A stretch of DNA of 64,000 nt from the NCBI GenBank assembly GCA_965153455.1, contig OZ234493.1, positions 10,964,213 to 11,028,212 on the forward strand, read 5' to 3'. Within the stretch, counting starts at the first letter, position 1, and every line of letters begins with the position of its first letter. This DNA comes from Sphagnum compactum (lineage: Eukaryota). Under the pieces are notes generated by a model. The model was not told the origin of the DNA and made no database searches. It saw only the letters and a list, made by a program, of their open reading frames with translations. Shown here piece after piece: positions 1 through 11,494 of the stretch. The position numbers and the translations under genes were made by a program.

Positions 1-16
1 GATTTATTATGGATGA

Positions 17-781
17 CACTAGTAGAAAAAACCCTTAGAACTCAATCAATAAGTTTTTGAATTAAAATATAAATTTAAGATTCCAAAATAATAATTTAGA
101 ATTCAAATATCAATTTTTAGATCAAATAAGTTTTTTGAAGTTAAATAACAAACTTCAGAATTGAAACGTCAATTTTCAGATTCAAATAATAATATTCAAA
201 ATGAAAATGTCCATTTTAAAACTCAATTAATAATTTTCTGAATTGAAATATTAATTTCGAGAATCCAAAATAATAATTTGGAATTCAAATTTCAACTTTC
301 AAGTCAAATAATTTCTTAAAATTTAAATTTTAAACTTCAGAATTCAAATATCAATTTTTAGATCAAATAAGTTTTTTAAATTTAAATATCAATTTTCAGA
401 TTTGAATAAAAAATTTCAAAGTTCAAATATTAATTTTGAAATTCATTATATGAACAATATACATACGTATATATATATATATATAATTTTAGTACATACA
501 TTAAAATACACCGCTATGTCATTGTAGAATACCTTTAGGATACAACTAATTTGGTGACTATTGTGATTAATGGGACATATCAACCTATTAATGGATGAAA
601 ATAAATGTAAAATCAATAATAGGATGAAATTTTTAATAATTGCATCATAGTTGTGAGAATGACCAAAATAGTTAAAATTTGGTCTTGTAGTTGCAAATAT
701 TCTCAAATCTAGTCGCAAACGACCACAAGTCGCATGTAGTCGTAAATGGAGTGGTTACATTTTGGCTGATTTCTACTAGTG
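17..781. mobile_element. Non-autonomous CACTA (En/Spm)-type element
   Basis: Terminal inverted repeats CACTAGTAGAAA (17-28) and TTTCTACTAGTG (770-781). Subterminal AGTCGCA-type repeats near the right end. Internal 545-680 resembles 41550-41700 in another CACTA-like element. The 3-bp flanks (TGA/TTG) do not match, so no intact TSD. Confidence 0.7.
38..445. repeat. AT-rich ~20-bp degenerate tandem array inside the CACTA element
   Basis: Recurrent units like AGAATTCAAATATCAATTTTT / AGATCAAATAAGTTTTT across 38-445. Confidence 0.75.
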
Positions 782-2540
782 TTGTCCAACAACTCGCATG
801 TTTTTCAACATGCTAATGAGTTCATTTTTTAATTTTGGTTTTGTTTCCAAAATTGAAAAATGTATTTTTGATTGCCATAGAAGCTATCCTTTTCTCTATG
901 GCATTTTTTAGATGTGGTTTTATTTCCCTTCTTGGGGTGAACCATTTGGAAAGAGAACCTTTACTCAATTTATCATATGTACCATTAACTTCATCTAGTT
1001 TTTTGTGAAAGGTCTTCAAATAATGAAGTGCATTTGGCATCGTGGAAAGCGCATGAACAACATTTTTTTAATGTTGGAATTGTAACCCAACAAGTGTTGG
1101 GGATTGTTGATTCTCAAATTGAAATAAAAAGAGTTTTCAACATTGCAGGTATTTGCACGTATCTAAGATGCTTGTGGTAATTGAGCATGGACAATCTTGA
1201 AATTTTATAAGCATATACAAAATATCCGCTCATGGAAAAATTTCTAGAGATGGACGAAACCCTAATGAATGAAAATGAGGATGTACTTGCATCACTTGGG
1301 CTTTTGGACTTGGAGAATGGCAAATAATAGCCTTTAGATAGATAATTTTTATTTCTTGTGGCTTGCATCTTTCAAGTTTGATTCCCATGTTTGTCATAGT
1401 TGATGTATTCAATTTGATCTTTTTGGTTGTTGTAGGCCTTGGAATGATTTTGTAATGACCTGAGCCTTAGGAATTGGATATGATGTACACAAAAAAATTG
1501 TCTAGTTACAAATTTTTTTACTTCTTCATTATTATGGCACTTTCCATTTGAATTTCTTGATTTTGGCAAAGTTAGGGGAAAATGGTGTTTTGGGGGACTG
1601 AATTAGGGCAGATTTGGGGGCAAAAAGTGGATGAATTGGGGGACTTTTCAGAAGTAATGTTGGGGGCAAATTTGGGGCTATTTAGGTGAGTTTTATGGCA
1701 CACTTGATAGTGTTTGAGGACTGATTTCAAGGTGGCAAGGTGTTACATTTTAAACTTAACATACAAGTGCATGAGATGGGAAAATTTGCAACCAATTGAT
1801 GAAAAAAAAATTGTATTGATCCATTAATAATTAGTAACGTAGTTTAGAGTTTGAAAGAAGGTTACCTGGAATCTATCCTAATCTACCTTAAAACTGGGAA
1901 TTAGAATACTTTGAAAATAACAAGAACCAGATTCAAAATCACCTTTGAAAAACAAAAACCAAAACCGAGTCAAAATCGATTTCTTGACAAAATTAAAAAT
2001 CAAAATTGAAGGTTCCTTCGAGAGCCGAGGAATTGCACAACACTGATAGGTAAGACATTCACAATTTCAATACAAATCCCAAACAATAGAGTCAAAAGCG
2101 ACAATCATGAAGAGTTAGTACGTGACGAGTTAGTTCGTGACGTACCCATGGCAACACAGGCCAATAAATGTGGTAAACGTGTATAGCAGGAAAAGAGAAG
2201 GGTTGATGCTGGTTGACCAATCCCAAAGGGATGATTGTACATTGTAAAGCAAGAGGGATCTTTGTAGCGTAGTTGGAGGGGCCCCCCACAAAGAGGCGGC
2301 TAAACACGGCCCAGGACAGGACGCCCATGGAAGTTGTCAATGCTGGAACTGGGAGCTTTCGAGCAGAGGCTCCTTCTTGCAGGCAATATAAAAAAAGCAC
2401 TGCAGGCTTCTTTTTTTCCTTGTCTGCCATTTGGCTTGAAAAGAGACAGATCATGCCTGGACACCTTTTGCTCCTGCCCATTATAGACTTGGGGTTCTCT
2501 TATGCACATTTTGGACCTGTACTAGACAGACACCCCTTTT

Positions 2541-2862
2541 AAACAAGGGGTGGTGTGTCACACTGTGCCCTTGCCACTTACATTAAAAAGTATCTTAAGG
2601 CAAAAGAAGAATTATGAAAATTCAAATATTTCACCATGAAAAAATATAATTTTCAAAAACAATCCTTTCAAATAAACCAAAATCCTTCAAGATATCATAA
2701 CTCTATAACTAATCTCAAGTTCCAACACAAGTGGAAATATCATCTTTAAAAAATCCTTGTATAAAAATAGACCTACTACCCAGGTGCCAAAATCCCTTCA
2801 GCTGCTAGACTCTGTAATGAATCTAAACACAATATCCTTGCCTACGAGGCAAGGCCAATAAA
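2541..2862 (-). mobile_element. Dispersed ~320-bp non-autonomous element, copy 1 (Helentron/DINE-1-like ends)
   Basis: Homologous to 10490-11518 and 49026-49316. Minus-strand 5' end TTTATTGGCCTTGCCT-CGT-AGGCAAGG is palindromic. The 3' end has subTIR GGCAAGGGCA, a short GTGTGACACAC stem and CCCCTTGTTT. Confidence 0.7.
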
Positions 2863-3065
2863 TGCCATTTGCTTATTTAAAGTCTTCTCTTCACTACTTA
2901 TAACTTAAAGCCACAACATGAGTTTACAGTGCGTGGTTCCTAATTCTTGAGAGTCTGTTTTGGTGTTTGTTGTAGTGGTGAACAAGGGAGAGTGAAGATT
3001 CATTGACACCTTTCATTCCTGGATCTCATAAGAAATCACAGTGCGAGAAACATTCTGTGCAGGCT

Positions 3066-5171
3066 ATGGAGAACATTGTTGTGAGGTGGGATGAGCTGAT
3101 GATACAGCCGGCTCAATTCAAGATAATTGCTGCCACTATAGCTGTTTTGATTTTTCTTCATCGTCTTTTCAAGCATTTTTTCCACCAGCACACAAAGTTG
3201 AAGAGAGCACCGGGTCCATTCCCCTGGCCAGTGGTTGGAAACCTTCTGATACTTGGCAAGCTTCCCCACCGTGCTTTCTACAAGTTGTCGAAGAAGTATG
3301 GGGACATCATGGAGCTGAAGTTGGGATCTATTCTCACAATTGTCGTCTCCTCACCAGAGATGGCAAAACAAGTGCTCAAGGTTCATGACTTGATATGTGC
3401 ATCACGTCCTGAAACAATTGCAGGTAAGATCATGTTTGAACAACATGATATTGCATGGGCACCTATTGGGGATCATTGGCGACACATGCGAAAACTTAGC
3501 ACGTCGGAGCTTTTTAGTCTCAAAAGGCTCGAAGACTCTAAGAACGTCCGAGATGAGGAGTTATCATGGTTGGTGCATGGGATCTTTGAACATTGTAAGG
3601 TAAATGTATTGTTTCACAATTTCAATTTTTTGTTTTTTTTTCACTACATTTCAAGTGTTGCATGAATATGATACCAAAGCTAGAGAGACGATCCAAATTG
3701 ATCAACATTACAATTGAAATAGTTGGATGCATTGCCTTAAGTCTTAGTTTCAATCCTTCTTTCGGAACTAATATCTTCAAGTTTCGGCTTGACACTAGAT
3801 TGATTGAATTCAAATGCATTCATGGAGTTTCAAAAATCTTATTAGGAGTTTGAACAATTTGCAGGAGGGAAACCCAGTGAACATGCAAACAAGCTTGTTT
3901 AGTACCTCCATGAATGTGATCTCACGCTTACTCTTCAAGAAAAGATATTTCAACACAATGCATAGTGATGAGGAATCTGAGGAGTTCAAGGATCTTGCTA
4001 CGAAGATCATGAATATAAGTGGTGTCTTCAACATTAGTGATTATGTCCCATTCCTAAAGCCATTTGATCTCCAAGCTATTCTACTTCAATGCAACCAAAT
4101 CAATTTGAGGGTAGATCGATTTTTCCACAAAATTATACAAGAACATTTAAAAGAAAAAAAGAAGGCAAATGAATCAAAAGACTTTCTAGATGTCATGCTC
4201 TCTGATCCCGGTGTAGATGGTGTTAGTGACAGGCTTGATGAGATCACAATCAAGGGAGTTGCCATTGTAAGTTTTTCTATGTTCTTATAACTCATTTATA
4301 GATTTCCTAAATTATTGGTTTTGAATTTGGTTAATGGTTGTGTTCAATGATTTCAACAGTTTGATTTGTGAGCTTCATTAGTGAACACATCACTATGATC
4401 TTTGCATGATTTGTTTGCAGTAGGACTAGGTAATATTGCATGCATAACAAGTTCTTTTTGCTTGAATTCAACAACCCACTAATGATGTTCATTGGCTAAT
4501 TGTGCCACAATTGCGTGTAGGACATTTTTGTTGCAGGGACTGACACAATTGCCACCACAGTGGAATGGGCCCTTGTGGAGCTCATAAGGCATCCAAATGT
4601 AATAAGAAAAGTTCAAGATGAATTGGATGATGTGGTTGGCCAAGAACGGGTTGTAGATGAAAATGACATCCCTCAATTGAAATACCTACAAGCTGTAGTG
4701 AAAGAAACATTTCGACTTCATGTTCCAGGTCCTTTATTGATACCACATGAAAACACAGAAGCTTGTGAAATAGGAGGTTACCACATACCTGCCAAAAGTC
4801 GCATTTTTGTGAATGCATGGGCCGTTCATCGACATCCATCTGCCTATGAAAATCCATTTGATTTCAATCCTGAAAGATTTGTAGAAAATCTGATTGATGT
4901 AAAAGGGATAGATTTCCAATTGTTACCATTTGGCTCTGGACGGCGTATGTGTCCAGGTTTGAATTATGGTCTTTTGATGGTGCAAATTGAACTGGCCAAG
5001 CTTTTTCATAGCTTCACATGGACATTGCCAAAAGGACAGAATCCTCAAGATATTGATATGGATGAGATATTTGGTGTCTCAATTCCAAAAAAGATTCCAT
5101 TGCAAGTTGTGGCTAGTGCTAGGCTTCCCCTACACTTGTATGCATCTAAAAAACTTGATGCATTTATTTAA
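3066..5171 (+). CDS. Cytochrome P450, CYP71 clan (A-type); exons 3066-3599, 3865-4266, 4521-5171
   Basis: N-terminal TM anchor, APGPFPWPVVGNL hinge, WRHMRK C-helix, I-helix AGTDT, ETFR (ExxR), FNPERF, heme motif FGSGRRMCPG. GT-AG introns keep frame. The family cannot be assigned without a search. Confidence 0.95.
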
Positions 5172-7872
5172 ATTTTTAGTTGTTGAGCCACAATATTAGT
5201 TTCATTAGACTGCAATTGAACTCACCCCAATAGTAAGGTTAGCCCTTTTCTTCTAATCAGAGTTCAAACTCGATAACTGCTGAGTTGTTGATGATACCAT
5301 TTGAGACATGACATGATATACACTATTTTCTTTTCTTTTTTGCATTTTTTGTTTGAATTACTTTGGGATACCTATTTATTTAGATAAGTAGTGAGACGCA
5401 TAGAATTATCAAACATGGTATGAAGTCCATGCAAACTGTGTGAGCAATAGATGTTGGAGTATGGGTGGAATATTCTAGTAGCTGATGTAGGCAAACATTA
5501 CATTCCATTCCATGCAACACATTTAAATGATCACTTTCAGAACCAATTATTTTTATTATCACATACTTTATTTTCATATGTGATGGCAATGGCAAACAAT
5601 GATCACATGCCTTCCCAACACAGATTTCAAATAGCTCTATTTTTTGCATTTTAATACAACAATTTAGGCCAATTTTAAAATCTGCATTATTAGATATTTC
5701 CAACCTTTCCTTTGGCCCAAATAAATCATTCATTTGATAAAGGCTTTCAGATGGGTCTCCGTTCATATCCTCAATAGCCCGTGCAATCTGCCACCTAAAA
5801 AATGGAGTCCTGATGCCAAAAAGTACCTCAAGAAAAATGACCAGGAGAGGCTTTGTTGATGGAAATATTCCCCAAGCTTGACAAGATTGTATCTATTCAG
5901 GCGCAACCCCCTCATGATTAGCATTGACACCATCATGTTGGGACTAGAATCATAACTCAAAACTCCCTATTTGAAATTGACCACCAACTGATTACCATTG
6001 CATGTTAGAAAGACGATGTGGTCATGACATCATGACATGAAAAACATGCACATCTAACATTTGTGCATAAGATACTATAAGCATTTGTTACATTTATCTT
6101 TAACCGCGTCATCTAAGAATTCAAAGATCAACTAGTAACAAGCACATTCAAAAAGTTCAACATTGTTTATCCAGAGTTAGACTATGAGAAAGTATTTTTG
6201 ATCATAGAGTTAGGTGGCAAATGTACAGAGGGGGTTCACAATTCAGACTTTGGACATAAGAAAATCATTTTAGGGGTGGTCAAGTTTTACCAGGCTGTAA
6301 GTTCTTCCATAGGTCACGAGGTTTAGACTGTTAGGATGATGTTTCACCCAAAACAAGGGCACTAGAATGTCCCAAGTGGGTTTGGAACCTGCAATCTCTT
6401 GCAAAATGGTCATAAGCCTTGCAACTAAGCAACTCATGGCATGTGGCACAAATTGGAAAGGGCAACCTCTATTCTCAAATATTTCTTATAGTCATGTTGA
6501 ACTTGCTGCTTTGTCAAGGATCCATTTCCCATGATAAGTGAGTTCGTTCACCACCTCAAGATTGTCTAAGACACTAATTTTTGTAAGTACTGAGAATTTC
6601 TCAACACTTACAATTCAAGTAAACCTGGACACAATTGAGAGAATACAGGTGTAAGCTAATATCAAGCATCGACCACTGTACTGAGTTTCTGTCACAACAC
6701 CAGCAGTGATGGGAAACCTCACCCATGATGCTGGCTAGCTCAAATAAACTTAGAATGGAAAGAGAAGAACAAAAAAATAGGAAGAAAGAAACAGAAAAAT
6801 GCAACACTGGAAAAACCTGAAAAATAAAAGAGAGAAAACAGAGAAAAGGAAAACGGAGAGCATTGAGAGCAAGAACATTTGAGGATAAAATGTTAACTTG
6901 AAGTTTGAACTCCACAATTTACAAGTAGGATGTAATTTGCTGACCCTCCAGAAATAGCTAAATAACCTCTCAATTGTGAGCTCCTCTAGACAATATTTGT
7001 AGGGTCATCAAAGAATTATTTTTTGCTTTGCATTATCAGTAGTAAGATGAGCCCCAGCTGATTGGCCTGCTAAAAATATCTGGCTTGCATTCAACACATT
7101 CCTTCTTATTAAGCGAAAGATGTGTGCACTGAAAGTTAAAACTCCAGGCTCAAGAAGCATATGGATCGATCATAGATTGTGTGCACTAGGTGCAGAATCT
7201 GCTCTGACCCAACAACAAAAAGTGTGATTTGTGTTACAGACTAACCTGTCTGGATCACCACCAGAGCTCCCAACATTTTGAATCACATAACCTAATCCTA
7301 TTGTGGCATCTGATACCATGTTGCTAATACAGCCCTGTGGGAAATTTCTACAAGTTCACAATTTTGAACATTCTTCAATCCGGAGCCTACCACGCATTTG
7401 ATAAAATGTTGCTAATACAGCCCTTGTGGAAAATTTGTGCATTAAGTGCTTACTATCTGTGGTGGGGGCACTATTGGGGTTAGTTTTCGGGAATTTCTCT
7501 CTTCTCACCAGTCTCGTGGTTGCATCAAAGTCCAGGCGTAACCTTATACAACATATGTAATGTGGTCTTGCAGCAGAAAGGGATCTTCCTACTACTGGAA
7601 ATAATAAATTAAAACAAGAAGTATTTTCTGTAACCCTATCAAAATGAAATGGGGTTTTAGCCCCTGGTCCTGGCCGAGTGGTTGTTTTCTTTTTCTTTTG
7701 TGCTGAGTAAAGTCCTTTTGTTTTTAAAAAAAAAATAAAAAACAAAAAAAGAGGGTTTCTGCAACAATATGTCATAATATAATATAATGTGTGCAGGTGA
7801 AGGAATAGTACCTATATTTGATGCTCACAACAATAATGTCTCGTTCAACAAGCCCAAGCTATCGACCAAAGT

Positions 7873-9051
7873 GAACCAGCACCCACCAGTGCACCAACGT
7901 GGATGGATGGTGCACAATAGGTTTCTCTTTTCTATCCATGTGCCATCCCAGGTTTACTTTTGTTTCTTTGGCCTTTCTCAGCCTCAATCTCAGTTTTTTT
8001 TCTCTTTTTTTTTTGCTTTTGAAACTTTTCCCACCCACCTACTCACCTATATATTTAAATTAAAAGTAGACTCTTCCCCCATCTACCTCCTCACCTAAAA
8101 ATTCAAAATGTGCTGCTCTCATCCCCACCCACCTAAACCTCCCCCCCCCCCCCCCCCCCCTCGGCCCAATCTATTTATTTACCCACCCACCTTTCCACCT
8201 TCCTACTTAAAGTAGGTACCTACCAAACCTCACCTACAAAGCTATACCTACCTACTTGGTCGCGCCCCCCCCCCCCCCCCCACACCACAAAGGAGCACAC
8301 TTTTTTAAAAGACTAACAAGTTTCAATTCATCGGCATCTTCCTTGGACAAAGGTGCAAGCTCAAAAAACAGTTCCAACAAGCTCAAGTTCCTCAGCATCC
8401 CCCCTGATAGAGGAGCAAATTTTTTTAAATGCCAACAAGCTGAAGCTCGTCGACATCCCCCGCTGACAAAGGAAAAATTCAAACAAAAAAAAAAAAAAAA
8501 AAAAAAAAAAAAGGAGAAGGAAACTTACCTCCAAGCTCATGGGCTCTTCATGTTTTGCAAGCTCCGCCTTTTCCCACACTTCAACTGTCCCCCCTCAAAC
8601 TCTGAAGTTGGTCCCTTTTTCACGCTCTTGAAGCTCTTGAAGCTTTGAAATCCCTCAACCCAAATGCCTGTGTTGTCCATGTTTTTCAAGTGTTGGCGAT
8701 GGAAGGGAGTGCAAAGGAGGGGTGAAAACAGAATGAGGGAGGTTGATGGGTTGGTAGGAGAAAGGGCTTTAGGTAGGTTGGAGGGGGTAGGTAGGAGTTC
8801 CCCAATAAAATTGGTGTCAAGGTGACAAAAAAAAAAAAATCAAAAGGAGGCCTGGGAAAAAAAAAACAATGATCTGGGAAAAAAAAAGTATGAGAAAAAA
8901 AAAACTGAGAGATCAGGGGAAAAAAAGGCCCAGAAGCAAAAAAAATAAAATTATTAACCAAGTAAACTAACCCCTGGGGGGCACAGTTTCATCCCATCCA
9001 TGAAATCCCAAAATGGGATTTTTTGGATGGTGCATTGGTGGGTCTTGGGTC
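7873..9051. mobile_element. Probable non-autonomous TIR DNA transposon with low-complexity interior
   Basis: Imperfect inverted ends GAACCAGCACCCACCAGTGCACCA (7873) and TGGTGCATTGGTGGGTCTTGGGTC (ends 9051), plus further subterminal inverted similarity. Interior has poly-C and poly-A runs and CCTA/TAGG strand asymmetry. No TSD confirmed. Confidence 0.5.
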
Positions 9052-9108
9052 ATTCAAGCTATGCTACAATGCTACAATGCTACATTGAGTTATGATTTTA
9101 ATATTTTA

Positions 9109-9883
9109 CTAGTGGGTACCGTGACGTTCGGACACAATTCGCCCGTGCCCAGCCCGCCCGTGCTGCGCCTGCCCGTGCCCAGCCCCTTCCCTTCTCGAGC
9201 TACAGAGAGAAAGGAGAGAGACGACCGAGCTCGGGTACCCGGGCCCGAAAACACACGGGCCCTGTTCCGGTCCACCCGTGGCAAAGAGCTTGGTTTATGG
9301 CCTGGGACCTGGGTCTTCGTGGGGAGACCGGGCTTCGTCACCGCCCCGGTTTAATACCTACTCCCGCGGTTCCACACACCTGGGCGCCGCCCGGCTCGCG
9401 CCAGATTTTTTTCACCGTTCGGCTCTTTGACCGTAGGCACCCCAGTAAGTAATTTGAAGCCTGGGCGTTGGGACTTGAGACCTGGATTGGTCGGGACTCA
9501 GGACTCGGGACTCGGTAAGTAAAGAAGTAAAAGTGTGTGATTGAGGTCTTGAATAGTTTTTGGGCCCTCGAGTTCGAGGGGACACTTTTTCAAACCTTGG
9601 CGGTTCTCGAATTTATTGGGTATCTCAATTTGGGATCTGGGTTTCAAGACCTCGACAGACGGACAGACGAGATCTGAGTTTCAAAACCTCGACTGACGAA
9701 CAGACGAGATCTGGGTTTCAGGACCTCGATAGACGGACAGACGAAGATCTGGGTTTCAGGACCTCGACAGACGGACAAACGAGATCTGAATTTCAAAACC
9801 TCGACAGACGAACAGACGGGATCTGGGTTTCAGGACCTCGACAGACACACAGACGCACAAACTAACTGAATTAATATATTAGA
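9109..9883 (-). mobile_element. Non-autonomous Helitron (minus strand)
   Basis: Minus strand starts A|TCTAATATATTAATTCAG (9883). It ends with an imperfect hairpin GTGTCCGAACGTCAC followed by GGTACCCA-CTAG|T (9109). A|T target, no TSD, GC-rich interior. Confidence 0.8.
9634..9857. repeat. 37-bp minisatellite, ~6 copies, inside Helitron
   Basis: Unit GATCTGGGTTTCAGGACCTCGACAGACGGACAGACGA starts at 9634, 9671, 9708, 9746, 9783 and 9820. Confidence 0.95.
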
Positions 9884-10783
9884 TTTTGGTTTCTTCTTTT
9901 TCTTGTGTTCTCTTGCACTAAGTTCATGTTTGGTAGTTTCGTTAAGCTTGTGTCTAAACAAGTGTGCCCTTTTCAAAGAATAAAAAACATTCAACATCAA
10001 AAGAGGACACATTGATGGACTTTGCTTTCATCAAAGGACTTGAGCCTTGGGCTCGGGACCAAGTCTTTCACACTATATAGCACACAAACTCTAAAAATTA
10101 ATATTGTTTACTGTATGCCAAGGGCTTCATTTCCATGAGACTTTGCCTTTTTTTGGTACCTATGAAATCGGGTCTTGAGACATAGTCTCAAGTTGCCCTC
10201 AATGTAGCATTGTAGCTTTGCATTTGTAATGCACGGGATCTTTACATTTGTTTCTCGAGTTGAATGAGGATATTTCACACCACAATTGTGTTCATATCGC
10301 TTCATCTTTAACAAATTTGACAATGCAATAGTTCTTTGAATCATCGTACATTTGCTAATGCTTGACCTATGATGGTTTTGAATATAATGTTGAGAATGTG
10401 CATGACTAGGTTCGTATTTGAAGGGCATCTCACATATTCACGCATAATATGAATGCATGAATGTAAGGGTTTAGGGTTTAGGGTTAAGTAAAAACAAGGG
10501 GTGTGTCACATTGTGGCCTTGCCATTTACATTAAAAAGTATCTTTCTTAAGGCAAAAGAAGAATTATGAAAACTCAGCTATTTCACCATGCAGAAATATA
10601 ATCTTCAAAAAAAATCCTCAGAAATCAAAATCAAAATCCTTCAAGTTATTATTATAGGTAACTCTATAACTAATAATCTCAAGTTTCAACACAAGCCAAA
10701 AATATCATCTTTCAAAAATCCTCATATAAAAATAGACCTAATATTATTGTTACCTCAGGGCCAAAATCCCTGAAGCTACTATA

Positions 10784-11494
10784 TCATCTCTTATATAAAG
10801 TGCCTTGTCCGTGCGTGCGTCCGTGCGTGCGTCCGTCCGACGACGTCCTGGGAGCATTTTCTATGGCAGAACCGGCCACAGAGATAACTGACCACCGGCT
10901 AAGCAGCTTGCCTCATTGTCCGCCGCTCCGTCAGTCGGACGTGTCGAGGTCCTGAAACCCAGATCGGGACCCGCCTGTCCGTCCGTCTGCGTCGAGGTCC
11001 TGAGACCCAGATCCCAAATTGTAGAAGTAAAATAACCACCCAAAAACCTGCCTGGCTCCTCTTTTCCGGGTTTTCGTGAAACCCGGCAGTTCTGTGATTA
11101 TGTGGATGAAATATTATACGTTTTTAGTTCCGTCCAATGAGCTCAGAGTTCTGGATGGGTGGTTATGTGGATGAAATATTTATGTATTCGTAAGTTCCGC
11201 CTAATGATAAGTTTTGCATGGTGATTTATTTGGATGAAATATCATGTATTTGTAATTCCGTCCAATTAGGAGTTCTGGATGGATGATTATGCAGGTGAAA
11301 ATATTACGTATTTAGAGTTCCATCTTTAGGAGTTCTGGATGGATTGATGATGTGGATGAAATATTATGTATTTATATAATTCTATCCACTGAGGGGTTCT
11401 GAATGGATGATTATGTGGATGAAATATCATTATATTTGGACTCCCAGTTTTTTCCCAGTGCGTGTCGTGCCTTGCAGGCGCGGGAGCCCACTAG
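10784..11494 (+). mobile_element. Non-autonomous Helitron (plus strand)
   Basis: 5' A|TCATCTCTTATATAAAG. 3' hairpin CGTGCCT-TGC-AGGCGCG, 8 nt, then CTAG|T. The empty site is visible in host-repeat copies at ~2805 and ~49258 (5' boundary uncertain by ~2 nt). Shares the 37-bp unit (inverted, 10943-11015) with the 9109-9883 Helitron. Confidence 0.9.
11088..11436. repeat. ~60-65-bp degenerate tandem repeat, ~6 copies, inside Helitron
   Basis: Recurrent GAGTTCTGGATGGATGATTATGTGGATGAAATATTATGTATT units. Confidence 0.85.

Noticed and set aside
822-1569. Short minus-strand ORFs (MPNALHYLKTFHKK...) possibly from a DNA transposon, with a possible TIR pair at 777 and 2045
   Set aside because: No recognisable domain. 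The left TIR candidate overlaps the CACTA end and no TSD is seen.
3003-3065. N-terminal extension of the P450 in the ORF track
   Set aside because: It starts at TTG. The first ATG is at 3066 and gives a normal membrane anchor.
8256-8961. ORFs with poly-Pro, poly-Lys and poly-Phe
   Set aside because: Translations of homopolymer runs inside a probable transposon.
9634-9857. CRISPR-like regular 37-bp repeats
   Set aside because: Head-to-tail units without unique spacers, eukaryotic context, no cas genes.
11049-11062. TGCCTGGCTCC match to the 5' part of miR160
   Set aside because: Only 11 nt, inside a Helitron, with no precursor hairpin.
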